From: Mobula hypostoma
Taxonomy: Eukaryota
Reading direction: 5' to 3'
NCBI RefSeq assembly: GCF_963921235.1
Contig: NC_086097.1
Location: 103,480,001-103,544,000 of the forward strand
DNA length: 64,000 nucleotides
The notes beneath the pieces are model-generated. The model was not told the origin of the DNA. It saw only the letters and a list, made by a program, of their open reading frames with translations, and did no database searches. Position 1 is the stretch's first letter, and each line of letters starts with the position of its first letter. The position numbers were made by a program, and so were the translations under genes. This document shows positions 39,058 through 50,977 of the stretch, piece by piece.

Positions 39058-39717
39058 TATCCATCTACCACTACTCTCTGACTCCCATCTCCAAGCCAAG
39101 GCCTTACTCTACTCAAATCCATGACTCCGTTAATCTTTGTTACCTCCTCACAAAATTCACTCATTGGTGAAAACCTGCGGTTACTCAGCACAACAGCCTT
39201 CTGTTCTATTCACAATCACAAGGTACTTCTAAATTACAAATCACCTGGTTGTATCTGATACACAAAAAGGAAACCAGGTGCTCTAACGCAAAAATCATGA
39301 CTCCAGTGTTGTATAACTTCTTACTGTGCATAGTTTTAAAAAAATGTACTTAAATCCACATTTCCATTTTCAGTTGTATTTTCCAGAACAAGCATTCAAT
39401 GGAGTATCGTTAAGGTAGATGCAAAATGTGACACAATTTGAAGAGAAGCTAGGGCCCAATATTTTATTTCACAGTGATGGTCTCGCATCTTGCTGAATGC
39501 TTACCACAGTATCTAGACATCACTGCCTCAGAGTTTCTGATGTGTACCAAGGTCACTTTGTTACTTTTGTCTGTTTTATCAATTACAAGATGTTGACTGG
39601 GGAGACTGCCTTCCCACATACAGAGAATGAACCAGTATTGGGACTGTGGGAAATCTGGCATTTTATCTACATAGAGACAAAAATATTGAGTTCTTGTCAC
39701 CCAGCGCATGTTCTGAC

Positions 39718-39852
39718 CTTGGTTTGAGAGTTGATGTCAGGGGAAGCTGTATTGCTGCTGCTGTAGCCTGATGTGGGATTGGATGACAGGCTCAGATTTG
39801 AGCCAGTGTGCAAACTGCTCCTACTTGCCACCTTTCTCAATCTCTCTTCCTC
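39718..39852 (-). CDS. STARD9: STARD9 exon (135 nt, phase 0-0): EEERLRKVASRSSLHTGSNLSLSSNPTSGYSSSNTASPDINSQTK
   Basis: Acceptor tttcccttctAG|GAG and donor AAG|GTCAGA; the frame closes shortly after the donor. The SLSS..TSGY motif resembles STARD9. Confidence 0.82.
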
Positions 39853-40314
39853 CTAGAAGGGAAATTAAAATAATATTCAGAGCACCCAAACCCTTGCAAG
39901 ATATATTCTTCTGAGCAAACTGCGGATTGTCATAAAGATATTGCCCATAAATGTGACACACTGTCCTAATCAATAATGAGTAAGTGTGACATTGTCTTTC
40001 ATTTGATTACTTTCAAACAGGGATGTAATTAAGTTCCTTGTTCCAACTCCAAATTTGATCTTTTATTTTCTACAACAAACAGCTAACAAATTACAAATTA
40101 AATTCCTCTGCAATATAGCTTTAAAACTACCTAATTTGCTTACATTGTTACTTTCAATAACAGCACTTTTACAAATTTAAGCTAAACCTTTTATTCAAGC
40201 ACAAAGTTAAAATGTTCAAAGTTCTGGACTTAACTCAGAAAATATTCCAAATAATTCCAAGTTTTTCAGAATTTCCTCATATATTCAATTATGCTTCACA
40301 TTCCTGAAAGTTAC

Positions 40315-40498
40315 CTTCAATAACTGCAAAATCATTTCTTGCTGTAAGCGGCATTTCTCCTTTTCTGCTCTTGCACGTAACTTATCTCGAGCCTTTGCAA
40401 TTTCTGCTTTTGTTTCCTCACGGGCCTTCTGATAATCTCGAAGCAGAGTCTCTATCTCAGAGGGGGCTTCCTGTGGAGCGTTCACAACCCCACCAGTC
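40315..40498 (-). CDS. STARD9: STARD9 exon (184 nt, phase 2-0), coiled coil: TGGVVNAPQEAPSEIETLLRDYQKAREETKAEIAKARDKLR...LQLLK
   Basis: Acceptor ttctgtAG|GACT and donor TTGAAG|GTAACT. Frame is continuous with the neighbouring exons. Confidence 0.9.
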
Positions 40499-41227
40499 CT
40501 ACAGAATTACAACAGATCATTAAGTGGTTCTTGCTCTATTTAGATTAAAATAAACGCCTTGTTTCAGGATCTGGTTTATCGTCACTGACATATGTTCTGA
40601 ACTGTGTTGCTTGGAGGCAATGTATAAAAATAATAAGTTAAAATATAAAATTTATTTTATAAATGCTGCAAAAAGAGAACAAAATAGTGAGGTGGACCAT
40701 TCAGAAATCTGATGGTGGATAATATATGAACAAGGTTGAAAGAACAAACTTGACAAGGTTAATTTGTCATCCACTATTTAACACAAAAAATATTGTTTCT
40801 GTCTGCAAGCCCAAAAGGTTCAAAACAATAGTCAGAAGTTCTATGATAATTCAATTCTGAAAAAATCCGTGTTAATGAATAATGGTGCAAACCAATGTTA
40901 ATGAAATGAATCTGAAGTCCTCTATCAACTAGACCTCATTTAAATTTCTTTGCTGGAAAAGGCTGCCTCATGACCTTTGCCTGTGTGTTGTTAACGCTCA
41001 ATGAAGCAACGGTGTCAGCAAGTGTTTAGTTGGCTATGCAACACTTTGGCATGCTGTAATTTTATGAAGCACAAGCACACAGGTCAGTGTGTAGCAGCTT
41101 TGAGAGATGCCAACGTAGAGAGGAAGCTCTTCACCAGGACACTCACCAGTCAACAATGTGGAGAAAAAGGCAGGTTTAATCAGGGGATAAACAAAAGATA
41201 ATTAACCAAAATAAAGCTCAGCACATA

Positions 41228-42096
41228 CAGTGCCTATTCGAAGTACTCCCCCTCCCGAGAAGTTTTCAGGTTTTATTGTTTTACCACATTGAAACACTGT
41301 GGATTTAATTTGCCTTTTTTTGACACTGATCAACAGAAAAAGACTCTTTTATGTCAAAGTGAAAATAGATCTCTACAAATTCTAATTACAAATATAAAAC
41401 ACAAAATAATTGTTTGCATAAGTTTTTATCCACCCCTTCTCTCTCTCAATATGACACACCAAATCATCACTGGTGCAGCCAATTGGTTTTAGAAGTCACA
41501 TAATTAGTCACCTTGTGTACAGGCAAGGTGTTTCAGTTGATTGTAGTAAAATACACCTGTATCTGGAAGGTCCAACTGCTGGTGAGTCAATATCCTGGCA
41601 AAAACTACACCATGAAGACAAAAGAACACTCCAGGCAACTCCATGAAAAGGTTATTGTAAAACACGTCAGGGGATGGATACAAGAAAATTTCCAAGTCAC
41701 TGAATATCCCTTGGAGTACAGTTAAACCAATTATCAAGAAATGGAAAGAATATGGCACGGCTGTAAATCTGTGTAGAGCAGGCCATCCTCAAAAACTGAG
41801 TGACCATGCAAGAAGGGGACTAGTGAGGGAGGCCATCAAGAGACCTATGACAACTCTGGAGGAGTTACAAGCTTAGTGGCTGAGATGGGACAGACTGCGC
41901 ATACAACAGCTGTTGCCCAGGTGCTTCACCAGTCGCAGCTTTATGGGAGAATGGCAAAGAGAAAGCCACTGTTGAATTAACCTCTCATGATATCTTGGTT
42001 GGAGATTGCCAGAGGGTATGTGGGAGACTCTGAAGTCAACTGGAAGAAGGTTCTATGTGCTGATGAAACCAAAATTGAGCCTTTTGACCATCAGAC
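41228..42096 (+). mobile_element. Tc1/mariner 5' half (truncated)
   Basis: Starts TA|CAGTGCC. Remnants MKTKEHSRQL, IIKKWKEYG and KKVLCADETKIE. Confidence 0.85.
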
Positions 42097-44090
42097 TAAA
42101 AAAAACTTTTGGTGTTCTCTTTTATATTATTGACTATCTTACCCTCATATTTAATCTCTTCCCTCCTCATTGCCTTTAGTTTCCTTCTGTTAGTTTTTAA
42201 AAGCTTCCCACTAATTGTCACCATATTATATGCTTTCTCTTTTGCTTTTGTGCTATTTTTGACTTCCCTTGTCAGCCACAGTTGCCTCACCTTCCCTTTA
42301 AAATACTACTTCTTCTTTGGGATATATCTCGCCTGCGCCTTCTGAATTGCTCTCAAGAACTCCAGCCATTGTTGTTCTGCTATCATCCCTGCTAGTGTCC
42401 CCTTCCAATCAACTTTGGCCATCTTCTCTCTTGTACCTGTGTAATTCTCTTTACTCCACTGTAATACTGATACATCCTACCTTAGCTTCTCTCTCTCAAA
42501 CTGCAGGATGAATTCTATCATATTATGTTCACTGCCTCTTGAGGATCCTTTACCTTAAGTTTCCTAATTAAATCTGATTTATTACACAACACCTAATCCA
42601 AAAATGCCTTTCCGCTAGTGGGCTCAACCACAAGCTGCTCTAAAAAGCCATCTTGTAGGCATTCTACAAACTCCCTCTCTTGGGATCCAGCATCAACCTG
42701 ATTTTCCCAAACCAGCTGCATATTGAAATTCCCTCATGATTATTGTAACATTGCCCTTTTTACATACTTCTCTAACTCCTGTAGTATTTTGTACCCTACA
42801 TCCTGGCTACTGTTTAGAAGCCTGTATATAACTCCCAGCAGCGTATTTTTATCCTTGCAGTTTTTTAACTCTACCCACATGGATGCTACATCTTCCAGTC
42901 CTATGTCAGCTCTTTCTAAGGATTTGATTTCATTTTTTACGAACAGAGCCACCCCATCCCTCTGCCCACCTGTCTGTCCTATTGAAACCATGTTATGCTC
43001 CTACTATGATCTTCATTCATCCATGACATCATACCTGCCAATCTTTAACTGCGCTACAAGATCATCTACCTTATTCTGTATGCTAGTACATTCAAATGTA
43101 ACACTTTCAGTCCTGTATTCATCACCATTTTTGATTTTGCCCCCATATTACATTTCAACTTATTAGCAATTTCCCCCTATCATCTGCCTGTCCTTCCTCA
43201 CAGTCTCATTACACACTGCATCTACTTGTACACCATCTTCAGCCCTATTACGCTAGTTCCCATCCCCCTGCCAGATTAGTTAAACCCTCCCCAACAGCTC
43301 TAAAAAATTTGCCCAAAACAATATTGGTCCCCCTCAGGTTCAGGTGTAACTCAGCATGTTTATACAGGTCATTCCTTCCCCGAAGAGGTCCCAATGATCC
43401 AGACATTTGAAACCCTGCCCATGCACCAATTCCTCAGCCACACATTCATGTGCAAAATCATCGTATTCTTACCCTCACTGGTGTGTTGCACAGGCAGCAA
43501 TCCAGAGATCACTACCCTGGAGGTCCTGCTTTTCAGAGAACTCCCAATATTTAGTCTTCTGAACCTCCTCCCTTTTGCTTCCTATATTGTTTGGTACCAA
43601 TATGTACCATGACTTCCAGATGCTCACCATCCCCCTTTAGAATGCTGCGGACCCCATCCGAGATATCCACGACCCTGGGACCTGGGAGGCAATACGGGTG
43701 ACTGCTTCACGTCCACATAAACTCCTGTCTGCTCCTCTAATTATGGAATCCCCTTTCACTACTGAAGCCCTCTTCTCACCCCTTCCCCTCTGAGTCACAA
43801 ATCAGTGCCAGAGACCTGATCATTGTGGCCTTCCTCTGCTACATCATCTAACCCCCCCCCACCCCCATCCAAAGTGGTATACCTGTTGTTGAGGGGAACA
43901 ATCACATGGGTCCTCTGCACTGCCTACCTTCTGATCTTCACCCTGTGTCCTGCACCTTGGGTATAACTACCTCCCTGTCAATCAGCTTCCTGAATGATCT
44001 AGAGTTCATCCAGTTCCAACTCCAATTCCTTAACATGGTTTGAAAGAAGCTGCACTGGATACACTGCATGCAGGTGTAGTCATCAGGGAC
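42097..44090 (-). mobile_element. Decayed CR1 (ORF1 and APE region)
   Basis: Minus-strand ORFs contain WVELKNC..LGVIYR and WLTREVK. Similar to the reverse complement of 19480-21570. Confidence 0.85.
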
Positions 44091-44330
44091 ATCCTGGCTT
44101 TGTACTCTGTACTTCTGTTTAGAAAGCCTAGATTCCCTTCTATTTTATTAATTGGTTCCTAAATCTTTATTTGGTGTTCCAAAGTACCCCAGACTGAATG
44201 ATCTATTTTCATACAAATAAGCAGACAAATGAAAGATTGAGTGGATGCTCTGGAAACATACAGTATAAAACACTATGACCAAGAGATGCTGAGGTTGTCC
44301 ATGCTGAATTGCATGATATAACTCACTTAC

Positions 44331-44534
44331 CGTGTGTTTTCCACAATGTCCTGGCGTAATCGCTGGAGATACGTCCTGCGTTTACTTGGCATATCTTGCT
44401 TATGATGCAACGCAGTTGGATGCTTTTGGTGATGCACAGCCAGATGTTTCTGTGGGCTCAGGCTACGTGTTCTTCTGAACTTCAGTGTTTTCTCATCTCT
44501 TTTCTTCCTCAAGATTTCAATGGTTTTCATGTGT
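44331..44534 (-). CDS. STARD9: STARD9 exon (204 nt, phase 2-2): RHMKTIEILRKKRDEK...RTRSLSPQKHL...YLQRLRQDIVENTR
   Basis: Acceptor cattgcaaaAG|ACAC and donor ACACG|GTAAGT. Joins in frame to the giant exon. RTRSLSPQK is a motif I recall from STARD9. Confidence 0.88.
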
Positions 44535-45854
44535 CTTTTGCAATGTTCATTAAAAAAAATATTTGTTTCCACATTTTTAATATATTACAATAAACACCAA
44601 TACTTGTAGTGATTAATATAGTTAGACTGCATTACAGCTGTTGATTCAGAGTTTATGAGTACAGCCTTATTAAGGTGCACGACAGTTGTTATGAGTATCT
44701 TTGGTTATGAACAAAATCCCTCTAATCACAGGCATTGAAAAAAATCACCTTGGTGGCAGCCAATCTTTCACTGCAACCACACGTAAACATGGTTTAGACT
44801 GAATACTGTACTAAGCAAATAGATTATTTGTTTCAGTGCAGAAATCTGTAAAAGTGAATGGACCAGTGTCTGTGTGAGAAAATTGACAATCTGGAGTATG
44901 TGTTATCAGGCAGTCATTTTGGTCAGAGAGAAATAGTATTCCTAGAGTGCGAGAGGGCAGGATCCTTAAGGGGATGATATCAGGAAGTAGATCTTCATGA
45001 AAAGGTATGGGAAATGTGGAGCTCTCTCCCACCAAAATCTGTGGCAGTGAGATGGTTGGAAGTCAAGAAAAGCAATCTGAGATTCGATTTTATTTGGCAT
45101 TGAAATGTATGTAATTTAACCAAGTGGAGCAGTGAGGACAGAAGCATCCATAATCTAACTGATAGTGGGATGAGCTCAAGGGGTTGAGTACTATTCCTAT
45201 GCTCCCTTTTATTGACAGTTACAGTTTGACTGTAGGGAGCAGCATTACTAAAGTACGGCATTTAGAAAGAATGTACACATAATGAGGAAATCTTAAGAAC
45301 ACAATGCTCAAGATACTTCTATTACAGAAAGGTCTAAAGAAGCTGTCGTAAACATCCTTTGGGCTGTAAGTCTCCAGCAGCTCAGCAAATCCCTTAGAAA
45401 ATGCAAGGTTAGAAAGCAGAAAGAAATAAACAGGGCTCTCTGCTGTCGGTGGTTGTGATGTTTGACCCATTTGCCCTTACATGTCATACAAATGAAGCCA
45501 AACAGCAATGTCTAGAATGATCAAGACTCAATGTAATGAAGATTCTGGTGGCACATGAACTGAGGCAAGATCGAGCTAGTGTCACAGAAGCAAAAGAAAC
45601 CTTCAGTTATGGTGTGAAAAGTCACAAGTTATCTGGAGTCAATTATGATAATAATTGAAGTATTTTATTTCAGTATTTACCAAGAAAAAGGTCACGGAAA
45701 CCCGGAGGTCAGTGCTGAGTACATAAATACGTTAGGCCGTTTAGAGGTCAAGGAGGAGGAAGTGTTGGGTCTCCTATTTAATATTCAGATGGATAAGTCC
45801 CTAGGGCCTGTTGGGATCTATCCCAGGTTATTGATGGAGACAGGAGACAAGATT

Positions 45855-48682
45855 CACACATAAAAGTTGCTGGTGAACGCAGCAGGCCAGGCAGAATCTC
45901 TAGGAAGAGGTACAGTCAATGTTTCGGGCCGAGACCCTTCGTCAGGACTAACTGAAAGAAGAGCTAGTAAGAGATTTGAAAGTGGGAGTGGGAGGGGGAG
46001 ATCCACAATGATAGGAAAAGACAGGAGGGGGAGGGATGAAGCCAAGAGCTGGAAAGTTGATTGGCAAAAGGGATATGAAAGGATCATGGGACGGAAGGCC
46101 TAGGGAGAAAGAAAGGAGGAGGGGGGAATCCCAGAGGATGGGCAAGGAGTATAGTGAGAGGGACAGAGGGAGAAAGAGGGACAGAGGGAGAGGGAGAGGG
46201 AGGAGAGGGAGAGGGAGGAGAGAGAGAGAGAGAGAGAGAGAGAAAATATATATAATAATAAATAAATAATGGATGGGGTACGGAGGGGAGGTGGGGCATC
46301 AACGGAAGTTAGAGAAGTCAATATTCATTCCATCAGGTTGGAGGCTACCCAGACAGAATATACGGTGTTGTTCCTCCAACCTGTTCATCTTTACAGTAGA
46401 GGAGGCCGTGGATAGACATATCAGAATGGGAATGGGACGTGGAATTAAAACGTGTGGCTACGGGGAGATCCTGCTTTCTCTGGTGGACAGAGCATAGGTG
46501 TTCAGCGAAACGGTCTCCCAGTCTGCGTTGGGTCTCGCCAATATATAGAAAGCCGCATTGGGAGCACCAGACGCAGTATATCAACCCAGCCGACTCTCAG
46601 GTGAAGTGTCGCCTCACCTGGAAGGACTGTCTGGGGCCCTGAATGGTGGTGAGGGAGGAAGTGTAAGGGCATGTGTAGCACTTGTTCCGCTTACAAGGAT
46701 AAGTGCCGGGAGGGAGATCAGTGGGAAGGGATGGGGGGGGGGAAACGAATGGACAAGGGAGTGATCCCTGCGGAAAGCAGAGAGAGGGGAGGGAAAGATG
46801 TGCTTAGTGGTGGGATCCTGTTGGAGGTGGCTGAGGTTATGGAGAATTATATGTTGGACCCGGAGGCTGGTGGGGTGGTAGGTGAGGACAAGGGGAACCC
46901 TATTCCTAATGGGGTGGCGGGAGGATGGGGTGAGAGCAGATGTGCATGAAATGGAAGAGATGTGTTTGAGAGCAGAGTTGATGGTGGAGGAAGGGAAGCC
47001 CCTTTCTTTAAAAAAGGAGGACATCTCCTTCATCCTGGAATGAAAAGCCTCATCCTGAGAGCAGATGCGGCGGAGACGGAGGAATTGCGAGAAGGCATTT
47101 TTGCAAGCAACAGGGTGAGAAGAGGAATAGTCCAGATAGCTGTGAGAGTCAGTAGGCTTATAATAGACATCAGTAGATAAGCTGTCTCCAGAGATAGAGA
47201 CAGAAAGATCCAGAAAGGGGAGGGAGATGTCAGAAATGGACCAGGTAAACCTGAGGGCAGGGTAAAGTTGGAGGCAAAGTTAATAAAGTCAACGAGCTCA
47301 GCATGCGTGCAGGAAGCAGCACCAATGCAGTCTTCGATGTAGCAAAGGAAAAGTGGGGGACAGATACCAGTATAGGCTTGGAACATGGATTGTTCCACAA
47401 AGCCAACAAAAAAGCAGGCATAGCTGGGACCCATAGGGGTGCCCATGGCTACACCTTTAGTTTGGAGGAAGTGGGAGGAGCCAAAGGAGAAATTATTAAG
47501 AGTAAGGACCAATTCCGCTAGACGGAGGAGAGCGGTCGTAGACGGGAACTGGTTAGGTCTGGAATCCAAAAAGAAGTGGAGAGCTTTGAGACCTTCCTGG
47601 TGGGGGATGGAAGTATATAGGGACTGAACATCCATGGTGAAAATACCACCCCACCAGCCTCCGGGTCCAACATATAATTCTCCGTAACTTCTGCCACCTC
47701 CAACGGGATCCCAACACTAGGCACATCTTTCCCTCCCCCCTTCTCTCTGCTTTCTGCAGGGATCACTCCCTGAGCGACTCCCTTGTCCATTCGTCACCCC
47801 CATCCCTTCCCACTGATCTCCCTCCCGGCACTTATCCTTGTAAGCAGAACAAGTGCTACACATGCCCTTACACTTCCTCCCTCACCACCATTCAGGGCCC
47901 CAGACAGTCCTTCCAGGTGAGGCGACACTTCACCTGTGAGTCGGCTGGGGTGATATACCGCGTCCGGTGCTCCCAATGTGAACTTCTATATATTGGTGAG
48001 ACCCAACGCAGACTGGGAGATCATTCTGCTGAACACCTACACTCTGTCTGCCAGAGAAAGCAGGATCTCCCAGTGGCCACACATTTTAATTCCACATCCC
48101 AAAACCATTCTGATATATCTATCCACGGCCTCCTCTACTGTAAAGATGAAGCCACACTCAGGTTGGAGGAACAACACCTTATATTCCGTCTGGGTAGCCT
48201 CCAACCTGATGGCATGAACATTGACTTCTCTAACTTCCGTTAATGCCCCACCTCCCCTTCGTACCCCATCCGTTATTTATATATATATATATAAATATAT
48301 ATTTTTTCTCTCTCTCTCTCTTTTTCTCCCTCTGTCCCTCTCACTATACACCTTGCCCATCCTCTGGGATTCCCCCCTCCTCCCTTCTTTCTCCCAAGGC
48401 CTCCCGTCCCACGATCCTCTCATATCCCTTTTAGCACTCAACTTTCCAGCTCTTGGCTTCATCCCTCCCCTCCTGTCTTCTCCTATCATTTCGGATCTCC
48501 CTCTCCCCCTCCCACTTTCAAATCTCTTACTATCTCTTCTTTCAGTTAGTCCTGACGAAGGGTCTTGGCCCAAAATGTCGACTGTACCTCTTCCTATAGA
48601 TGCTGCCTGGCCTGCTGTGTTCACCAGCAACTTTTATGTGTGTTGCTTGAAATTCCAGCATCTGCAGATTTCCTTGTGTTTG
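45855..48682. mobile_element. Neptune-type Penelope insertion with an inverted duplication: minus arm (RT, Zn-linker, GIY-YIG, terminal repeat; 45855-47643) and plus arm (47644-48682)
   Basis: MDVQSLYTSIP, GVAMGTPMGPSYA, YIED (mutated YIDD), CKQNKCYTC and GVIY...YIGET. Perfect 13-bp TSD AGGAGACAAGATT (45842-45854 and 48683-48695) inside a CR1 host. Confidence 0.92.
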
Positions 48683-48695
48683 AGGAGACAAGATT

Positions 48696-50870
48696 GGTGG
48701 GGCCTTGAGCAGTATTTGTGTCCTCTCTCGGCACAGGTGAGGTTCTGGATGACTGGCGAGTGGTTAATGTTGTATTTCTATTTAAAGAAGAGAACAAGGG
48801 AAAACCCTGGGAACTATAGAACAGTGAGTCAGTTCGGGATAAATTGCTGGAGAAAGTTCTTGGGGATAGGATATATGAACATTTGAAAACCCATGGCCTA
48901 AGTAGGGAGAGTCAGCACGGCTTTTTGTGGGGCAAGTCGTATCTTACCAACTTGATTGAGTTTTTTGACAAGATGATGAGGGAGATTGATGAGGGTAGGA
49001 CAGTGGATGTTGTCTATGTGGATTTTATGAAGGTGTTTGACAAAGTCTCTCATGGGAGGCGAATTCAGAAGATTAGGATGTTTGGGGTCTGCAAAAGATT
49101 GGCTGCTTGGATTCAGAACTGGCTTGGCATATGTAGCCCAAGCTAATTAAATCCAAAGTTATAACGTTAGAAAGTTCTACCGGAGGGATGAAAACAAGGT
49201 CTCCCGATTTTAAAAAAAGAGACTTTGAAAAAAACACTATGTGATGGTGGGGCAGGCTGGACACAGCACGGACAAGGAGAGAAACACAGCAACAATTAGA
49301 AGCTGAAGACATAAACCGTTAAGAGTGGAATTAATAGTGAGTATCTTTATCCTACTAACTTGAAAACCTCGGGGTAAAATCCTGGAAGGAGACAATAGCG
49401 ATAAAAGATTTATTGAAACTATGGCTATAACAGGCAGCAGCTATAACGAGACAATATCGGCAGAGATCAGTGTCCAAAATCCCTCCTGTGTAGTCCGGAA
49501 TTAGTTCTGCAAAATCATACCAAGGGATTTGGTCAAGTTTTTGTAGAAGTTTGTCAATTGACTTTCTGTGGATGATAAACTATTTCATCCAATGAACCAA
49601 GAAACAAGATGGCTAGCCACCCAAGATGAAGGACCAGCGCAGAAATGAAATGTGTAATGATGCAGAGGATTTAGTACAGTTGGATGTATAAGTTTATTTT
49701 CATTCGAAGAATCCAAATTTGATTCTCTGCAAGAACTGATTACTTTTGCAAAGACTTTGATGAGATTTACTTTGCTTAAGAGTTGTGAAAGGAGTATGTA
49801 TATATAATTTTCGAATTTGAATTTGCAGATAAACTGCCTGGAAGTGAAACTGAAGTTAACTATAATATTTGAGAATAGGAATTGTATTTGGTTTTCTAAC
49901 TAACTAGGGATAAGTAAAAAAGAAAGTTTAGTCTGTAAACTTTTAAATACAGAATAACACTAGGTCTAATTAATTAGAGGGATTACAGTAATGAAGAAAT
50001 CTCACAATCTAATTAAAAAGGGATTTGTTGTGGTTTGATATCTAAGATTTGGAACCTGAATAGAATGTTGGAATTTTGAATTGCTCTTGCTCATGTAAAT
50101 ATTTTGTACATATTTTTTTTTCTTATAAACAAACCTCATCTCCAGAAGTGTGTGGTTTCTATTCGCTGCCTCCTTCGGATACCTAGAATTGAGACCGTTC
50201 TTCAGGACTAAGGCCTAAATGCTTGCTTTTAATAGTTGAAGCACTGAGTTCAACAGTTAAGAGGTTGTGTTGTAACTTTACAGAACTTTGGTTAGGCCAC
50301 ATCTGGAGTATTGCATACAGTTCTGGTCACCCACTATAGGAAGGATGTTGAAGCTTTGGAGAGGGTGCAGAAGAGATCTACCAGGATGCTACCTGGTTTA
50401 GAGGGTATGTGCCATCATGAGAGGCTGGACAAACTTGGGTTGTTTCCTCTGGAGCAGTGGAGGCTGAGGGGCGATTGGATAGAAGTTTATAAGATTATTA
50501 GAGGCAGAGATCAAGTAGACAGGGAGCTTTTTTCCCCCCATGGTAGGAATGTCTGATACTGGAGAACATGCATTGAAGGTGAGAGGGAGTAGGTTCAAAG
50601 GGGATGTGAGGGGTAAGTTTTTTAGTCAGAGAGTGGTGGATGTTCTGAATGCGCTGCCTGGTATGGTCGTAAAGGCAAATACATTAGAGGCTTTTAATAG
50701 ACATTTAGATAGGAAGATATGAGGAAGATGACAGAGATATGGACTTTGTGTAGGCAGGAAGGATTAGTTTTTGGGGTGTTTTTGATTTGGTTTTTAGCTG
50801 GTTTGGCACAATGTTGAGGGCGAAGGGCCTATTCCTATCCTGTGCTGTACTGCTGTATTCTTTATGTAAT
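48696..50870 (+). mobile_element. CR1 RT/3' fragments (host of the Penelope insertion; begins ~45650), with non-CR1 sequence at 49132-50240
   Basis: ORF 48844-49146 has HGF..GKSYLTNLIEFF; ORF 50311-50556 has YRKDVEALERVQ. Confidence 0.8.
49132..50204 (+). mobile_element. Possible solo LTR
   Basis: TG...CA ends (TGTAG / CTTCA), a TATA-like TTAAAAAGGG, and an ATAAAC signal followed by a GT-rich tract. No TSD seen. Confidence 0.35.
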
Positions 50871-50977
50871 AAGGTGGCCAGCAGGTTATCCCTGATTCAT
50901 TGGCTGTCAGTGACATTGGAATCAGTTTCTAAATCACTCCACTACTTATTCAGCTTTGAACTGCTTCTTTCACTTAC

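Noticed and set aside
38457..39124. Leu/Ser/Arg-rich ORFs
   Set aside because: Translations of a (CT)n/(CTCG)n microsatellite.
39502..39570. Possible extra STARD9 exon ending at a strong GTG|GTAAGC donor
   Set aside because: The only nearby acceptor is purine-rich, and the required phase-0 frame hits TGA after five codons.
11572..48583. Recurrent ~36-bp structured motif as a CRISPR-like repeat
   Set aside because: Copies are dispersed, occur on both strands and sit inside Penelope terminal repeats. There are no spacers or cas genes, and the DNA is eukaryotic.
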